DNA from: Candidatus Bathyarchaeota archaeon
GTDB taxonomy: Archaea > Thermoproteota > Bathyarchaeia > Bathyarchaeales > Bathycorpusculaceae
Direction of reading: 5' to 3'
Assembly (NCBI GenBank): GCA_963815095.1
Contig: CAWFFH010000007.1
Coordinates: 32,001 to 96,000, forward strand
DNA length: 64,000 nucleotides
Shown: one piece after another, positions 28,909 to 37,955 of the stretch
Position numbering within the stretch: position 1 is the first letter of the stretch
How the letters are laid out: each line of letters starts with the position of its first letter
Notes under the pieces: model-generated
Seen by the model: the letters and a program-made list of their open reading frames with translations, nothing else
The model's database searches: none
What the model was told of the DNA's origin: nothing
Translations under genes and position numbers: made by a program

Positions 28909-29994
28909 ATGGTTTCAAATGCTGTCTGGTTCACTGTTAAAGAAAAGAAGTGGAAGGTTAGCTACTTTGGCGAGTTTTCTTGGACAAGAGAGGATCAGTT
29001 TTGGGACTCAGATAATTGTATAATTAGTTTTGCTAGAACACTTGATAATAAATGCTTGATTGTTGTTCGAAGCAACCAAACAAAACGCAGCAGGTTCATG
29101 GAAAAAGAAGTTGTGCTTCGGTACATGTTGGGTTTTGAGATTTCGGGTAACCCTTCTGAACCTAAAGCCGAGATGTACATTGCAAGGAATAATTTTCCAG
29201 ACAAAAGAGAAGGCCCGAAGAATCGGTGGGTTTTGCAGCTGGATGATAAACATTGGATTTGGGAGTGGGCACAGGAAGGAGGAGACATTGCCAATTCGAC
29301 AATCTACAAAATCTACAATGAGATAGTCAACGAGATAGAGCATCCTTCGATAATGGGAGATAATATCCTCAAGGCGCAAATTGAAGTGGAGGACGATAGA
29401 GTGATTCCAGTTTTATATCAGCCGAGCGTTGATGCCTTGAAGAACTTTGTTCGAGAAGTTCACTGCGCAAAGGGACCCGCCAACCCGGACGGTTCTTACG
29501 AAATGGAGGTCTCAATTCTCTTTAATAACGAGCGACTACGCCAGCATGGCATCTGGAATTCAATCTACGAGTTTATCCGACGGTTGAAGTATGGTAGGTT
29601 GATGGATCTGGAGTCATTTAAGATTCATATGGGTAAGGATCAAGATAGTGATCGATTCTTTTTCGCAGGGATATACAGTAACAAAGAGGAATTGAATGCT
29701 GATTCTATTCATGGCGACAAAATCCCTCCGCCTGCGCCGGAACATCGAATCAAATACTATTTCTTAAATCGCAACCATCCCGTTGTTTTCATAAACACAT
29801 CAAATCACGCTATGGCAGAGCGTGACACAAACGATAGAATATGGAAATGGGAGTATATCCCATGGTTAAATGATGCACCAATAAAGCTAGGCTCGAAAAC
29901 GAGAACAGAAATAGAACAAAGTCTCAGGGTCCGCACAAATTCTGGTAGCCCACCTATTGATCGAGTAACTTCGTCAGTACTGCCAAAAAAATAA
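28909..29994 (+). CDS. Hypothetical protein
   Basis: 361-aa ORF, Trp-rich, HPVVFINTSNHAM. Confidence 0.75.
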   Translation: MVSNAVWFTVKEKKWKVSYFGEFSWTREDQFWDSDNCIISFARTLDNKCLIVVRSNQTKRSRFMEKEVVLRYMLGFEISGNPSEPKAEMYIARNNFPDKREGPKNRWVLQLDDKHWIWEWAQEGGDIANSTIYKIYNEIVNEIEHPSIMGDNILKAQIEVEDDRVIPVLYQPSVDALKNFVREVHCAKGPANPDGSYEMEVSILFNNERLRQHGIWNSIYEFIRRLKYGRLMDLESFKIHMGKDQDSDRFFFAGIYSNKEELNADSIHGDKIPPPAPEHRIKYYFLNRNHPVVFINTSNHAMAERDTNDRIWKWEYIPWLNDAPIKLGSKTRTEIEQSLRVRTNSGSPPIDRVTSSVLPKK

Positions 29995-30239
29995 GACACA
30001 ATTTTTCTAAAAACTACTGAAAAACCTTTCGGTCGCTATCCTCAATTGCCCCAGCTCATTTCTTGTCTTTACGATAAATTACTTAGATCTTGTTGCTTAT
30101 TTGGTGTGACAACATTAGTTTATTAATGGTATGCTGACTTGAGTAATCAGACAGAACTCTTTTGAAAAGAGGTATATGTTATGATTGATTTTTCAGATAG
30201 GAAATTAATTGATTTTTCCCGAAATATCGATTCAGAAAA

Positions 30240-32105
30240 TTGGCTGAGAAGGAGTTGTTGCTTGTGTCGTTAACTAGCAATTCTGATTTTTATGTTTCTA
30301 TTCACGATGCTGGCATAAATCGGGTTGTAAAGCACGTAATGCGGCAACGTCCCTCCTTATTCAATTATGGTACTTCATTTTTGCTACATAATCCAGACTT
30401 GCTTTGTCAAAGAATTGATGCTGCATCAGAGGTTGTGCAAGCTGGCAACCCACTTATCACAGTTCTTGACCCACTCCCAGTCATCGGGACAAATTTAGGC
30501 TTAAACTATTGCGTTCAACTTACAAAAGGCGAGATTGATTTTCATCCAGGGAACATTATAGCTCTTCCACCTGAGTTAAATCCACTGAAGCCTCAACGTC
30601 TTGGTGTTCACTTTCAAGTTTGCGCGGGCATCGGATGCCCAACTCGTAGTCTTCCTCTCCCAGGAAGACTTTCAACTTCAGTTTTAACCGCCGCTCGGAT
30701 GTCTGCAGCTAAAGTGGATGTAACTGACAGAAAACCTACCTCTGGATTAGACGGCATTGCCTTGCCAGGCAAAGAAGTTGTTGTAGTTCCCACATCCAAG
30801 CTTGAATGTTTCTGTCTTGATCTCTTTGCCACTGCAGGAGCCAAAATAACGGGTCCAGTCGGAAATCAAACCATTTTACCTTTTGTAGATGGCATAGAAA
30901 TTGTTGACTTAAAACCCGAAGGCTTAGAAAACAGCATCGAATGCTATGCATTGCTGGCACTTAATCAAGGAATAATTCCGCCCTTAGCGTCTTCAATATC
31001 TAATTTGGCCTTTAACTTGATTGATTTACCGGATAATATGGGTAAACTTAAGGTGTCTGGATCAACTGCCGTTCCAAACAATCCGGCAATAGAACAAGAT
31101 CAACTCAAAGCTTTCATCAATCTTGACCAAGTTGAACTAAACATCGGTATTGAACCGATAGATTGCAGTTTACCAACTGGAGGCGGCGGACCGACAATAA
31201 CTCGGACTACTCGATCTAGAACCAGGACTGGTACATTTGACCTTCAGGCTGCTGTTTCTCAAAAAGCGTTTGAAAAGATTTTTGCGGGAGTGGTGAAAGG
31301 GTTTAGTCTTCACTGCGCAGACAGCGGCAGTTTTGGTCCTTTTTCGGCAAACTACGATGTCAAGGCTCATTTGGAAGGCGGCTCGGTTGACTTAAGAAGT
31401 AACGGTACCATAAAAATTTCTGAATTAGACATTAAATGGGATACCCTTAGCCTAAATCTGTGCATCGATATCCCGAAGATCTGCACACCCGGTGGATGCA
31501 TTATTCCTATTCCCTTCGAAGGCTGCCTATTAGATGTGCCCTCGTACTGCTTCTTTAAAGACACCCCAGACTTCTGTATACCTCTAAACATAAGCAGTTT
31601 GCTAACTTCAGAGGTATCTTTCACTGCAGGCATAAAAGTCTTCTACGGAACCAGCCCAGGCTTACCTAACCGCTGGCAAATAGTCATAGTGCCTACATTG
31701 CCTTTTGATATTGATATCATCGACATAGCTGATACAGTGGGAGACTTAGTTGAGAACGCTGTAAACGCCGCAATTGATGGTCTTCTTAGCGGATTTCCAG
31801 ATTGGGCAAAAGACGTTTTCAAGTTTCTCTTTGGGCCCCTCGACGACTTCATACGTTTTGCTCTCGACATACCCGACGACGTAGGTGAATGGCTTCTTGA
31901 TGCGCTCACAGATTTAGGAGTCTTTGACGTGCTTCTATCTGCTTTGAACGATTTCTTGACGACATTGGTGCCTCCCCTTGAAATTGAAGATCCATTTCCG
32001 ATACTATCTGAACCAGGATTGATTCCAGTTAAGCTTCCGATAGAGTTTATCGGCGTTCGAATTACCGGTGATGAGATGGTTATAGAGGGAGATATAGGAA
32101 ATTAA
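30240..32105 (+). CDS. Large Cys-containing hypothetical protein
   Basis: 621-aa ORF with two similar halves. Confidence 0.8.
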   Translation: MAEKELLLVSLTSNSDFYVSIHDAGINRVVKHVMRQRPSLFNYGTSFLLHNPDLLCQRIDAASEVVQAGNPLITVLDPLPVIGTNLGLNYCVQLTKGEIDFHPGNIIALPPELNPLKPQRLGVHFQVCAGIGCPTRSLPLPGRLSTSVLTAARMSAAKVDVTDRKPTSGLDGIALPGKEVVVVPTSKLECFCLDLFATAGAKITGPVGNQTILPFVDGIEIVDLKPEGLENSIECYALLALNQGIIPPLASSISNLAFNLIDLPDNMGKLKVSGSTAVPNNPAIEQDQLKAFINLDQVELNIGIEPIDCSLPTGGGGPTITRTTRSRTRTGTFDLQAAVSQKAFEKIFAGVVKGFSLHCADSGSFGPFSANYDVKAHLEGGSVDLRSNGTIKISELDIKWDTLSLNLCIDIPKICTPGGCIIPIPFEGCLLDVPSYCFFKDTPDFCIPLNISSLLTSEVSFTAGIKVFYGTSPGLPNRWQIVIVPTLPFDIDIIDIADTVGDLVENAVNAAIDGLLSGFPDWAKDVFKFLFGPLDDFIRFALDIPDDVGEWLLDALTDLGVFDVLLSALNDFLTTLVPPLEIEDPFPILSEPGLIPVKLPIEFIGVRITGDEMVIEGDIGN

Positions 32106-32108
32106 GAG

Positions 32109-32858
32109 GTGAACATGATGATAAACCGTTTTATTTTTTCTCAGGCGAATGTTGACAGTGGTTCGCTTACCGTGTTGGCTTCTGTTGTCCACAAGTTCTC
32201 TGAATCTGGCGCATACTTTGGCAAAATCAGAAGAGGCGAAAATGAGGTAGGTCAGTTTAAGATACTGGTTGGAGAATCGCTCACAATGCAGCCAAGCGTC
32301 AAAATCGACCTAAAAGCTATAGAAGATCCCCTATCAGATCAATCGAAGAATCCAGAATGCAGCTGCTTTAACCTTATCCTTGGAGGATACGCAATGTTCT
32401 TTGTTTCAACCGGAGCCGGGGGATATAACATAGAAATTACAAAGCCAGAAAATGAAGGCAAGAAGATTTTTGATAACCGCGAATTAACAAGTCAGGACTT
32501 GTTTGTTGCAACGCTGCTGCGTCCAGGAACCTATCGAATAACGAATACTTTAACAAAAGCTGAAGCAGAATTGAAGATTCTTTACCCACAAATAGGCAAG
32601 ACTCCAAGACAATCACAATCAGTTCAAGTAGAATGTACTGAAAAAGCAATTAACCCGCCTAAGATCAGCGTTAACCCAGGTCAAGGTGTTATCTTTAACT
32701 TCAAAGTGCCTTCAAGAATAAAGGTAGAGTTAGTTACGCCTGAAGACAAACCAAAGCAACCATCGCCAGAGAACCAAGCGTCCCAAGCAAAAACTAAACA
32801 AGATGCTAAAGCGCCACAAAAGAAGATAATGCGTCGATTGAGCCTAAACCCAACTTAA
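32109..32858 (+). CDS. Hypothetical beta-rich protein, cupredoxin-like topology possible
   Basis: Starts 3 nt after the previous gene; HKFSESGAY, LRPGTYRITN. Confidence 0.75.
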   Translation: MNMMINRFIFSQANVDSGSLTVLASVVHKFSESGAYFGKIRRGENEVGQFKILVGESLTMQPSVKIDLKAIEDPLSDQSKNPECSCFNLILGGYAMFFVSTGAGGYNIEITKPENEGKKIFDNRELTSQDLFVATLLRPGTYRITNTLTKAEAELKILYPQIGKTPRQSQSVQVECTEKAINPPKISVNPGQGVIFNFKVPSRIKVELVTPEDKPKQPSPENQASQAKTKQDAKAPQKKIMRRLSLNPT

Positions 32859-33012
32859 GGGTCAGCTACACTCTTTCCTTGTTTTTTTAGAGTTGAAGTC
32901 TCTTGTTTGGCGAATATAACCAAGACACAATAGAGTTATTATTTTCTTACTCTAGAGTAGATTTCTTTTGGGTGAAACAAACGCCGTTTTTAGTTAGTTA
33001 TGGAGGTTTGCT

Positions 33013-33432
33013 ATGAGTTTTTTTGTAGATCCTTTTGGCCTTCTCTTCTTTGGTGCCATTCTATACATTATCTCAGCCAACTATAAGTTTGCAAAGTCTT
33101 TGACCTATGCTTTGGCGACTGCTATTTTGACGAGTTTCACATTTGGTGGGTTAGCTCTCTACCTAGATTGGTATCGATGGACTATACCTGGGCTTGTGGA
33201 TTTGCAGGGATCATATATTATGTTTGACCAAGGCTTAACCGGCATTACCAAGGCCGCATTTCCTGCATGGATAGTTATGATGTTCTTATCCATCTACCCA
33301 TTCTGGTTCGTTCTAGGCTATGAGACAGCAAAAAAATACAATCTCACGCTAAAGTTTGTGCCAATTCTAATTGTATTAATTGTGCTTCTGGCCATTCCAT
33401 CAATTATCCAATCTCAATTTCTAAGCCATTAA
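33013..33432 (+). CDS. Small multi-TM membrane protein
   Basis: About 4 hydrophobic segments; GGAGG upstream. Confidence 0.8.
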   Translation: MSFFVDPFGLLFFGAILYIISANYKFAKSLTYALATAILTSFTFGGLALYLDWYRWTIPGLVDLQGSYIMFDQGLTGITKAAFPAWIVMMFLSIYPFWFVLGYETAKKYNLTLKFVPILIVLIVLLAIPSIIQSQFLSH

Positions 33433-33536
33433 TAATCTGCACTTTAACATGCATCAAAAACTTGGGTTAGTCTATTGGCTAGCGGTTATCATAATTAGCA
33501 ACCTGCAAAAATTCCTTCCTTCAAAATCAATATCTT

Positions 33537-35336
33537 CTATAGATTGATCGGTTGGGCATAGGAAGGCAATGTTACTTTCAGGCCAAACATTTCTACAAAC
33601 AGGTTGGTTTTCTCTGAATGGATAGGGATTATCTTTGCAGGCTTTGTTTTTTCTAATAGTTCAAAAAGTTCGCTCTTTGAGGCGTGGCCTGACACGTGCC
33701 TCCTAACAAATATCTTAAGTTCACCGTTCATTTCGTGGTCGTAAGATATTCCAAAGAAGTCAAGCCAATGCACCATTTTGGTTTCATCGATCTCCATTTC
33801 TTCGTTGAAGGGCTCAGTTGAAGCAGAAATATACTTTGTGTTATGTTTGTGGCCAGGCGGAATTAGGTCGAAGAGATCGTTTGCATCCCAATACGAAAGC
33901 ATTAGAATGTACTTTTTAGGGTTTTCTCTGATTTGGTATGCTCTAACTCCGTTGTCTAAGTGGTGGGTTGCTAGCTCATAGAGTTCCCTGTAATCATATG
34001 GTTGCCCTTCACTGGTTACTGGCAAAGGGTTTTTTGGGTTGTTTGGGTTGCCGCCTACGCCCAGTCTTTCTGCCACTCGCACGATGTTTCTATCGTCTTG
34101 GGCGATGTTTCTTCCGTGATAGTGGAGGTAGCCCATTTTGTATTTGTCGTAGTCTGCTTTTGAGTAGAGGAGGTCGCCTTCTCGTTTGAGGTAGACTTTA
34201 AGGTTGGGCATTGAGCGTGGATCGGCGTGTTCGGTTGGAAAACTATGGTGCATTTCATAGAGAAGGTACGCGAGTTTGGAATTAATTACCAATGTGCGAT
34301 CGTTTTCCTTTGCGGCTTGGTAGATGGTCTTGAATCGTGTTAGATCCTTCCAGCCAAAATTTATGAGAACTAATCCTTCAGAACGACCAATGTCAACACT
34401 GATCTCTCTTCCAACATCTTCTTCAGTTATCACTTCATCCGAGCCAATACGGGTTCCTTCACTAATCAAAACATCAACCGGACCACCAATCAAGCCAACA
34501 TAATCATCCATCGAAACCTCGCCAGCACCATGAAACCTCACATCACCAGTGTAGAGGAGGCGTTTTCCATCTGGAAGAATAAGCAAAACTGAACATGCAC
34601 CTGGCACTGAGTGCCCGACTGGGATCAATTTGTATTTAATGCCCTTGATCTGCCCCTCAGAAGCCGTGTTAAACACTCTGTACTGAGGCGCTATGTCGTA
34701 GGTGAATTTGAATTTAGTTTTGGGATCCTCAATGATCGGGTGCTCCTCTTCCTTTTCTTCACTGCACGCGCACTCTCCGGGACAAAGCGTCTTGAAGAGA
34801 GGAACTTTCTGCTTTATGGTGACTTTTTTAGCGATTTTGTAATATTGATCATCCACACCAGAAACCGAAACATCAGTCATCGCTTTTGCGAGAACTTTGG
34901 TTTTTTCGGTACAGTAAACAGGAATGCATGGGTCAAGGAAGCTGACGTCTTGAATGTGGTCAAAATGAGCATGAGAAACAAAGACACCATCAACTGCTGG
35001 TTGCTCGGGGTTGCAAGGGCAAACATCAGTGGTTTTCCAATAATCCAACGCCTCATCCAAAGGAACCTTCTTGCTAACCTCATCGTTTTCAAAAAGAACC
35101 GTCATATCAACCAAATGCTGCGTATAGATGCCGTCGATTTTAGGCAAAATCCCCAACCGAAGCATATCCCGCAAAGCATTCTTAGAACGAGCCAAAAGAA
35201 ACTCGGAGAAAAACTTGCCATATTCGCCCATTCTACGCCCAAAATCCAAAAGAACGGAGCCATCCTCGGTTTGGAGCAAGATTTTGTTGCCGCCGATTTC
35301 GTTGACTCCACCGTAGAACGTAAGCTTAGCCGTCAT
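33537..35336 (-). CDS. MBL-fold beta-CASP ribonuclease (RNase J-like)
   Basis: YGGVNEIGGNKIL, SHAHFDH, VGHSVPGA, YTGD, HVSGHA, IPIHS. Confidence 0.9.
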   Translation of the reverse strand: MTAKLTFYGGVNEIGGNKILLQTEDGSVLLDFGRRMGEYGKFFSEFLLARSKNALRDMLRLGILPKIDGIYTQHLVDMTVLFENDEVSKKVPLDEALDYWKTTDVCPCNPEQPAVDGVFVSHAHFDHIQDVSFLDPCIPVYCTEKTKVLAKAMTDVSVSGVDDQYYKIAKKVTIKQKVPLFKTLCPGECACSEEKEEEHPIIEDPKTKFKFTYDIAPQYRVFNTASEGQIKGIKYKLIPVGHSVPGACSVLLILPDGKRLLYTGDVRFHGAGEVSMDDYVGLIGGPVDVLISEGTRIGSDEVITEEDVGREISVDIGRSEGLVLINFGWKDLTRFKTIYQAAKENDRTLVINSKLAYLLYEMHHSFPTEHADPRSMPNLKVYLKREGDLLYSKADYDKYKMGYLHYHGRNIAQDDRNIVRVAERLGVGGNPNNPKNPLPVTSEGQPYDYRELYELATHHLDNGVRAYQIRENPKKYILMLSYWDANDLFDLIPPGHKHNTKYISASTEPFNEEMEIDETKMVHWLDFFGISYDHEMNGELKIFVRRHVSGHASKSELFELLEKTKPAKIIPIHSEKTNLFVEMFGLKVTLPSYAQPINL

Positions 35337-35478
35337 GACTTTCCCAAATGGCAATTAACGGGCAAGTTACATTAATAATTTACCCATCACCAGCTTAAGA
35401 CTTCAAAAGACATAACACTCTCAGAGGAAACAAATTCTTAAATGCACTGAGTAAAGAAAAGAGTATTGAGGGGTAAAA

Positions 35479-35640
35479 TTGAAGAAGTGTGGGTTGTGCG
35501 GAGAAGAAATTAAAGATGACAAATACTTTACGATTTATCAGTGCAAGGGGACGGAGAACAGACTTGTCTTAGTGGCATGTGAAAAAGATTTCAAAGATAA
35601 GGCCTACCGAGAAATCATCATGAAAATCGCAAGTATGTAA
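35479..35640 (+). CDS. Small Cys-containing protein
   Basis: TTG start after GAGGGG; KKCGLCGEEIKDD. Confidence 0.4.
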   Translation: MKKCGLCGEEIKDDKYFTIYQCKGTENRLVLVACEKDFKDKAYREIIMKIASM

Positions 35641-35676
35641 AGAAGCCATAATAGTCAATAAGTGAAGATAGACACA

Positions 35677-36367
35677 ATGGCATTCATCAATTCGCTTCTT
35701 GCACAAATACTAAAAGCAACTCCTTTTCCATCAGAATCCATAGACAACCTAGCCGAGACAATGCAGGTAACCCAAAATTTTGAAAAAACCCAAATCAGAT
35801 CGCTTTTATAAAGCGAGGTTGCGGGTTGGCGGTATGGCTTTCTTAGACAGAATCTTCTTTGACGCCACATATTTCAATACGCTCCAAGCTGATGAGGTGC
35901 TAGCGGTTGCAGCGCATGAGTTAACGCATCTAAAAAAAAGACATGGACTAAAAAAATTCTTTCGATTAACCATACCTTCAGCATTAATTGGAGTTCTGAT
36001 GGGGTCCTTTGTGTTTTTCAACTTTACATCCATAGATGCAATTCTTATCGTTGGAAGTTTAGGAAAAATCGCATCCAGTTTGCTCGCAGCCTTATTCTTT
36101 GGTTTTTTAGGTTTAGTTGGTGCCTTATTCGTTAACGCAAAATGGCTCCGAAGCCAAGAAACAGAATGCGACCTCAACACAGTAAAGTACCTAAACGGCG
36201 AACCAATGATAACCGCTCTAATCAAACTAAATAACCTGCGACCCCAAAGAAACACACGCATAGAACGATACATGCCCAAACTTTACCCAACAATTGAACA
36301 AAGAATAAACGACATCAAAGCGGCAGTCGAAAACAAAAAGAAACGAAACAATGCACTAATTCCTTAA
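35677..36367 (+). pseudogene. M48/HtpX-like zinc protease with frameshift near 35775
   Basis: AVAAHELTHLK, QETECD, YPTIEQRI; the 5' part (ATG 35677) is in another frame across caaaattttgaaaaaa. Confidence 0.65.
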
Positions 36368-36399
36368 TTATTTAAAACTGTTAGGTAATAATTCCCTAG

Positions 36400-36460
36400 C
36401 CCTTCCTTCATAGTTTCTCGCGGGATTACGATTTGACCCTTAGACAAAACCTTATGACGT
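36400..36460 (-). pseudogene. AbrB-type antitoxin 5' remnant
   Basis: KVLSKGQIVIPRE. Confidence 0.5.
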
Positions 36461-36550
36461 ATGCAATTTGCCCTCTCATAATTTAGTAATCCAATCCAAA
36501 TCGACATCGAAGATTTCTGTGCCAAAATGGAAAAACCCGACAAGGCAACA

Positions 36551-36615
36551 AAAGAAGTTGTTGCTGCTGCTACTGCATTCTTCACTTCGGTTGCAACAAC
36601 AATCAAAACTAAACC
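36551..36615. repeat. Repeat family B copy with 8-bp inverted repeat
   Basis: aaagaagttgttgc...cggttgcaacaac...aaaactaaa; gttgttgc/gcaacaac arms. Confidence 0.55.
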
Positions 36616-36668
36616 ATAGTCAAAAATTTGGCACTGAGTGCTCACATGTGTTTGTGGAAATTTTTTCC

Positions 36669-36710
36669 CAAAATAACATAGGACTTTTATAATCATCGAA
36701 GAGATTGTAG
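36669..36710 (+). promoter_or_regulatory. Putative TATA-box promoter of the repair operon
   Basis: TTTTATAA about 30 nt before the TTG start at 36723; duplicated at 5053-5092. Confidence 0.5.
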
Positions 36711-36722
36711 GGTGACTCCAAA

Positions 36723-37955
36723 TTGGCTATTTCATATTTGTGCAGAAAATGCGGTAAAAATTACTCCAAAGAAGAGTTTACTAAATGCAAATTTTGTGAG
36801 TCATGCGGTTCTTTTCTCATGCCCAACTTCAGAGTGCAAAATCAGGAAACCGTAACAGCTAAATCTGATAATTTTATCAAAGAAAAATCTGCTCTAAATA
36901 GAGCTGCTGAGAGCCTTAGGCAAAGAGTAGATGATTCAAAAGAGTATGAGGTTGTATCTGAAGCTGCTGTCGAGTCGCTCAAGAAACCCGTTTTTGAGAG
37001 TTGGCTATGGAGTGCTGAGTACAACGATGCTTTGTACCTCGAAGGAGAACTGATTAAACAATATCAGGACAAAAGTATTGAAGATGCCATTCCTGGGAAA
37101 GTGGTTTCAAATGATCAGGGCGAATGCTACTCCATCTCAGCATCTTGCACATCAAACTTCAAACTGGTGCCTTACCAGGAAAGCAGGCAACACATTATCT
37201 CTGACTTAAAAGTCCTATCGGGAATTGGACCTGTCGGTGAACAAACACTAAAGCGAAAGGGCTACAAAACAGTGGAAGACTTGACGCATCATCCCAGATG
37301 GAAAAAACAAGCCGTCAACTACATGAAAATAATCGACAATAAAAAAGTAGATGCAATACAAAAATTTCTGTGGCAACGGCTCCCAAAATCCCACCCCCTG
37401 CTCCACTATTTGGCAGGATTCTGCCAAGACCAGGACTTCGCTATAGTTGACATAGAGACTTTAGGGCTATCGGAACGACCCATCATTTTACTGGGGATCG
37501 CAAAACCAACAAAAGACCATATATGTACAAGCCAATTCTTGCTAAGAGACATCCAAGATGAACCCAGCGCAATCTGGGCTTTAGTTTCTCAGCTCGAACC
37601 TAACTTATCGCTAATAACGTTTAATGGCCGAAGCTTTGACATGCCATACATTAAACAAAGATTGGCTTACTATGGATTAGATGCACCTTTGGATAATCCA
37701 CATTTTGACGTTCTACATTTTACTAGACGCGCGCTACGCCACAAATTATCCGATTGCAGGCTGGACACGGTTGAGAAATACATCGGTATCAAAAGAGACA
37801 TAAACATACCTGGCGCTTTGGTTCCCCACTTCTATGAGACTTATCTTCGAACTAAAAACGTTGGACCCCTCGTTCCCATAGTAGAACATAACAGGCAAGA
37901 TTTGCTAACGCTTGGCACACTTTTCTCAAAGCTGTATGAGGAATGGAACCTATGA
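36723..37955 (+). CDS. YprB/MrfB-like RNase H-fold exonuclease with N-terminal zinc ribbon and HhH
   Basis: VDIETLGL, ITFNGRSFDMPYI, HFDVLH, EHNRQDL; LSGIGPVGEQTL. Confidence 0.88.
   Translation: MAISYLCRKCGKNYSKEEFTKCKFCESCGSFLMPNFRVQNQETVTAKSDNFIKEKSALNRAAESLRQRVDDSKEYEVVSEAAVESLKKPVFESWLWSAEYNDALYLEGELIKQYQDKSIEDAIPGKVVSNDQGECYSISASCTSNFKLVPYQESRQHIISDLKVLSGIGPVGEQTLKRKGYKTVEDLTHHPRWKKQAVNYMKIIDNKKVDAIQKFLWQRLPKSHPLLHYLAGFCQDQDFAIVDIETLGLSERPIILLGIAKPTKDHICTSQFLLRDIQDEPSAIWALVSQLEPNLSLITFNGRSFDMPYIKQRLAYYGLDAPLDNPHFDVLHFTRRALRHKLSDCRLDTVEKYIGIKRDINIPGALVPHFYETYLRTKNVGPLVPIVEHNRQDLLTLGTLFSKLYEEWNL

Noticed and set aside
34611-35375. 254-aa plus-strand ORF
   Set aside because: Antisense shadow of the beta-CASP nuclease gene.
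12385-36615. Repeats A/B as a CRISPR array or integron attC sites
   Set aside because: The copies are kilobases apart and degenerate, with no regular spacers, no clear RYYYAAC/GTTRRRY boxes, and no cas or intI gene in the window.
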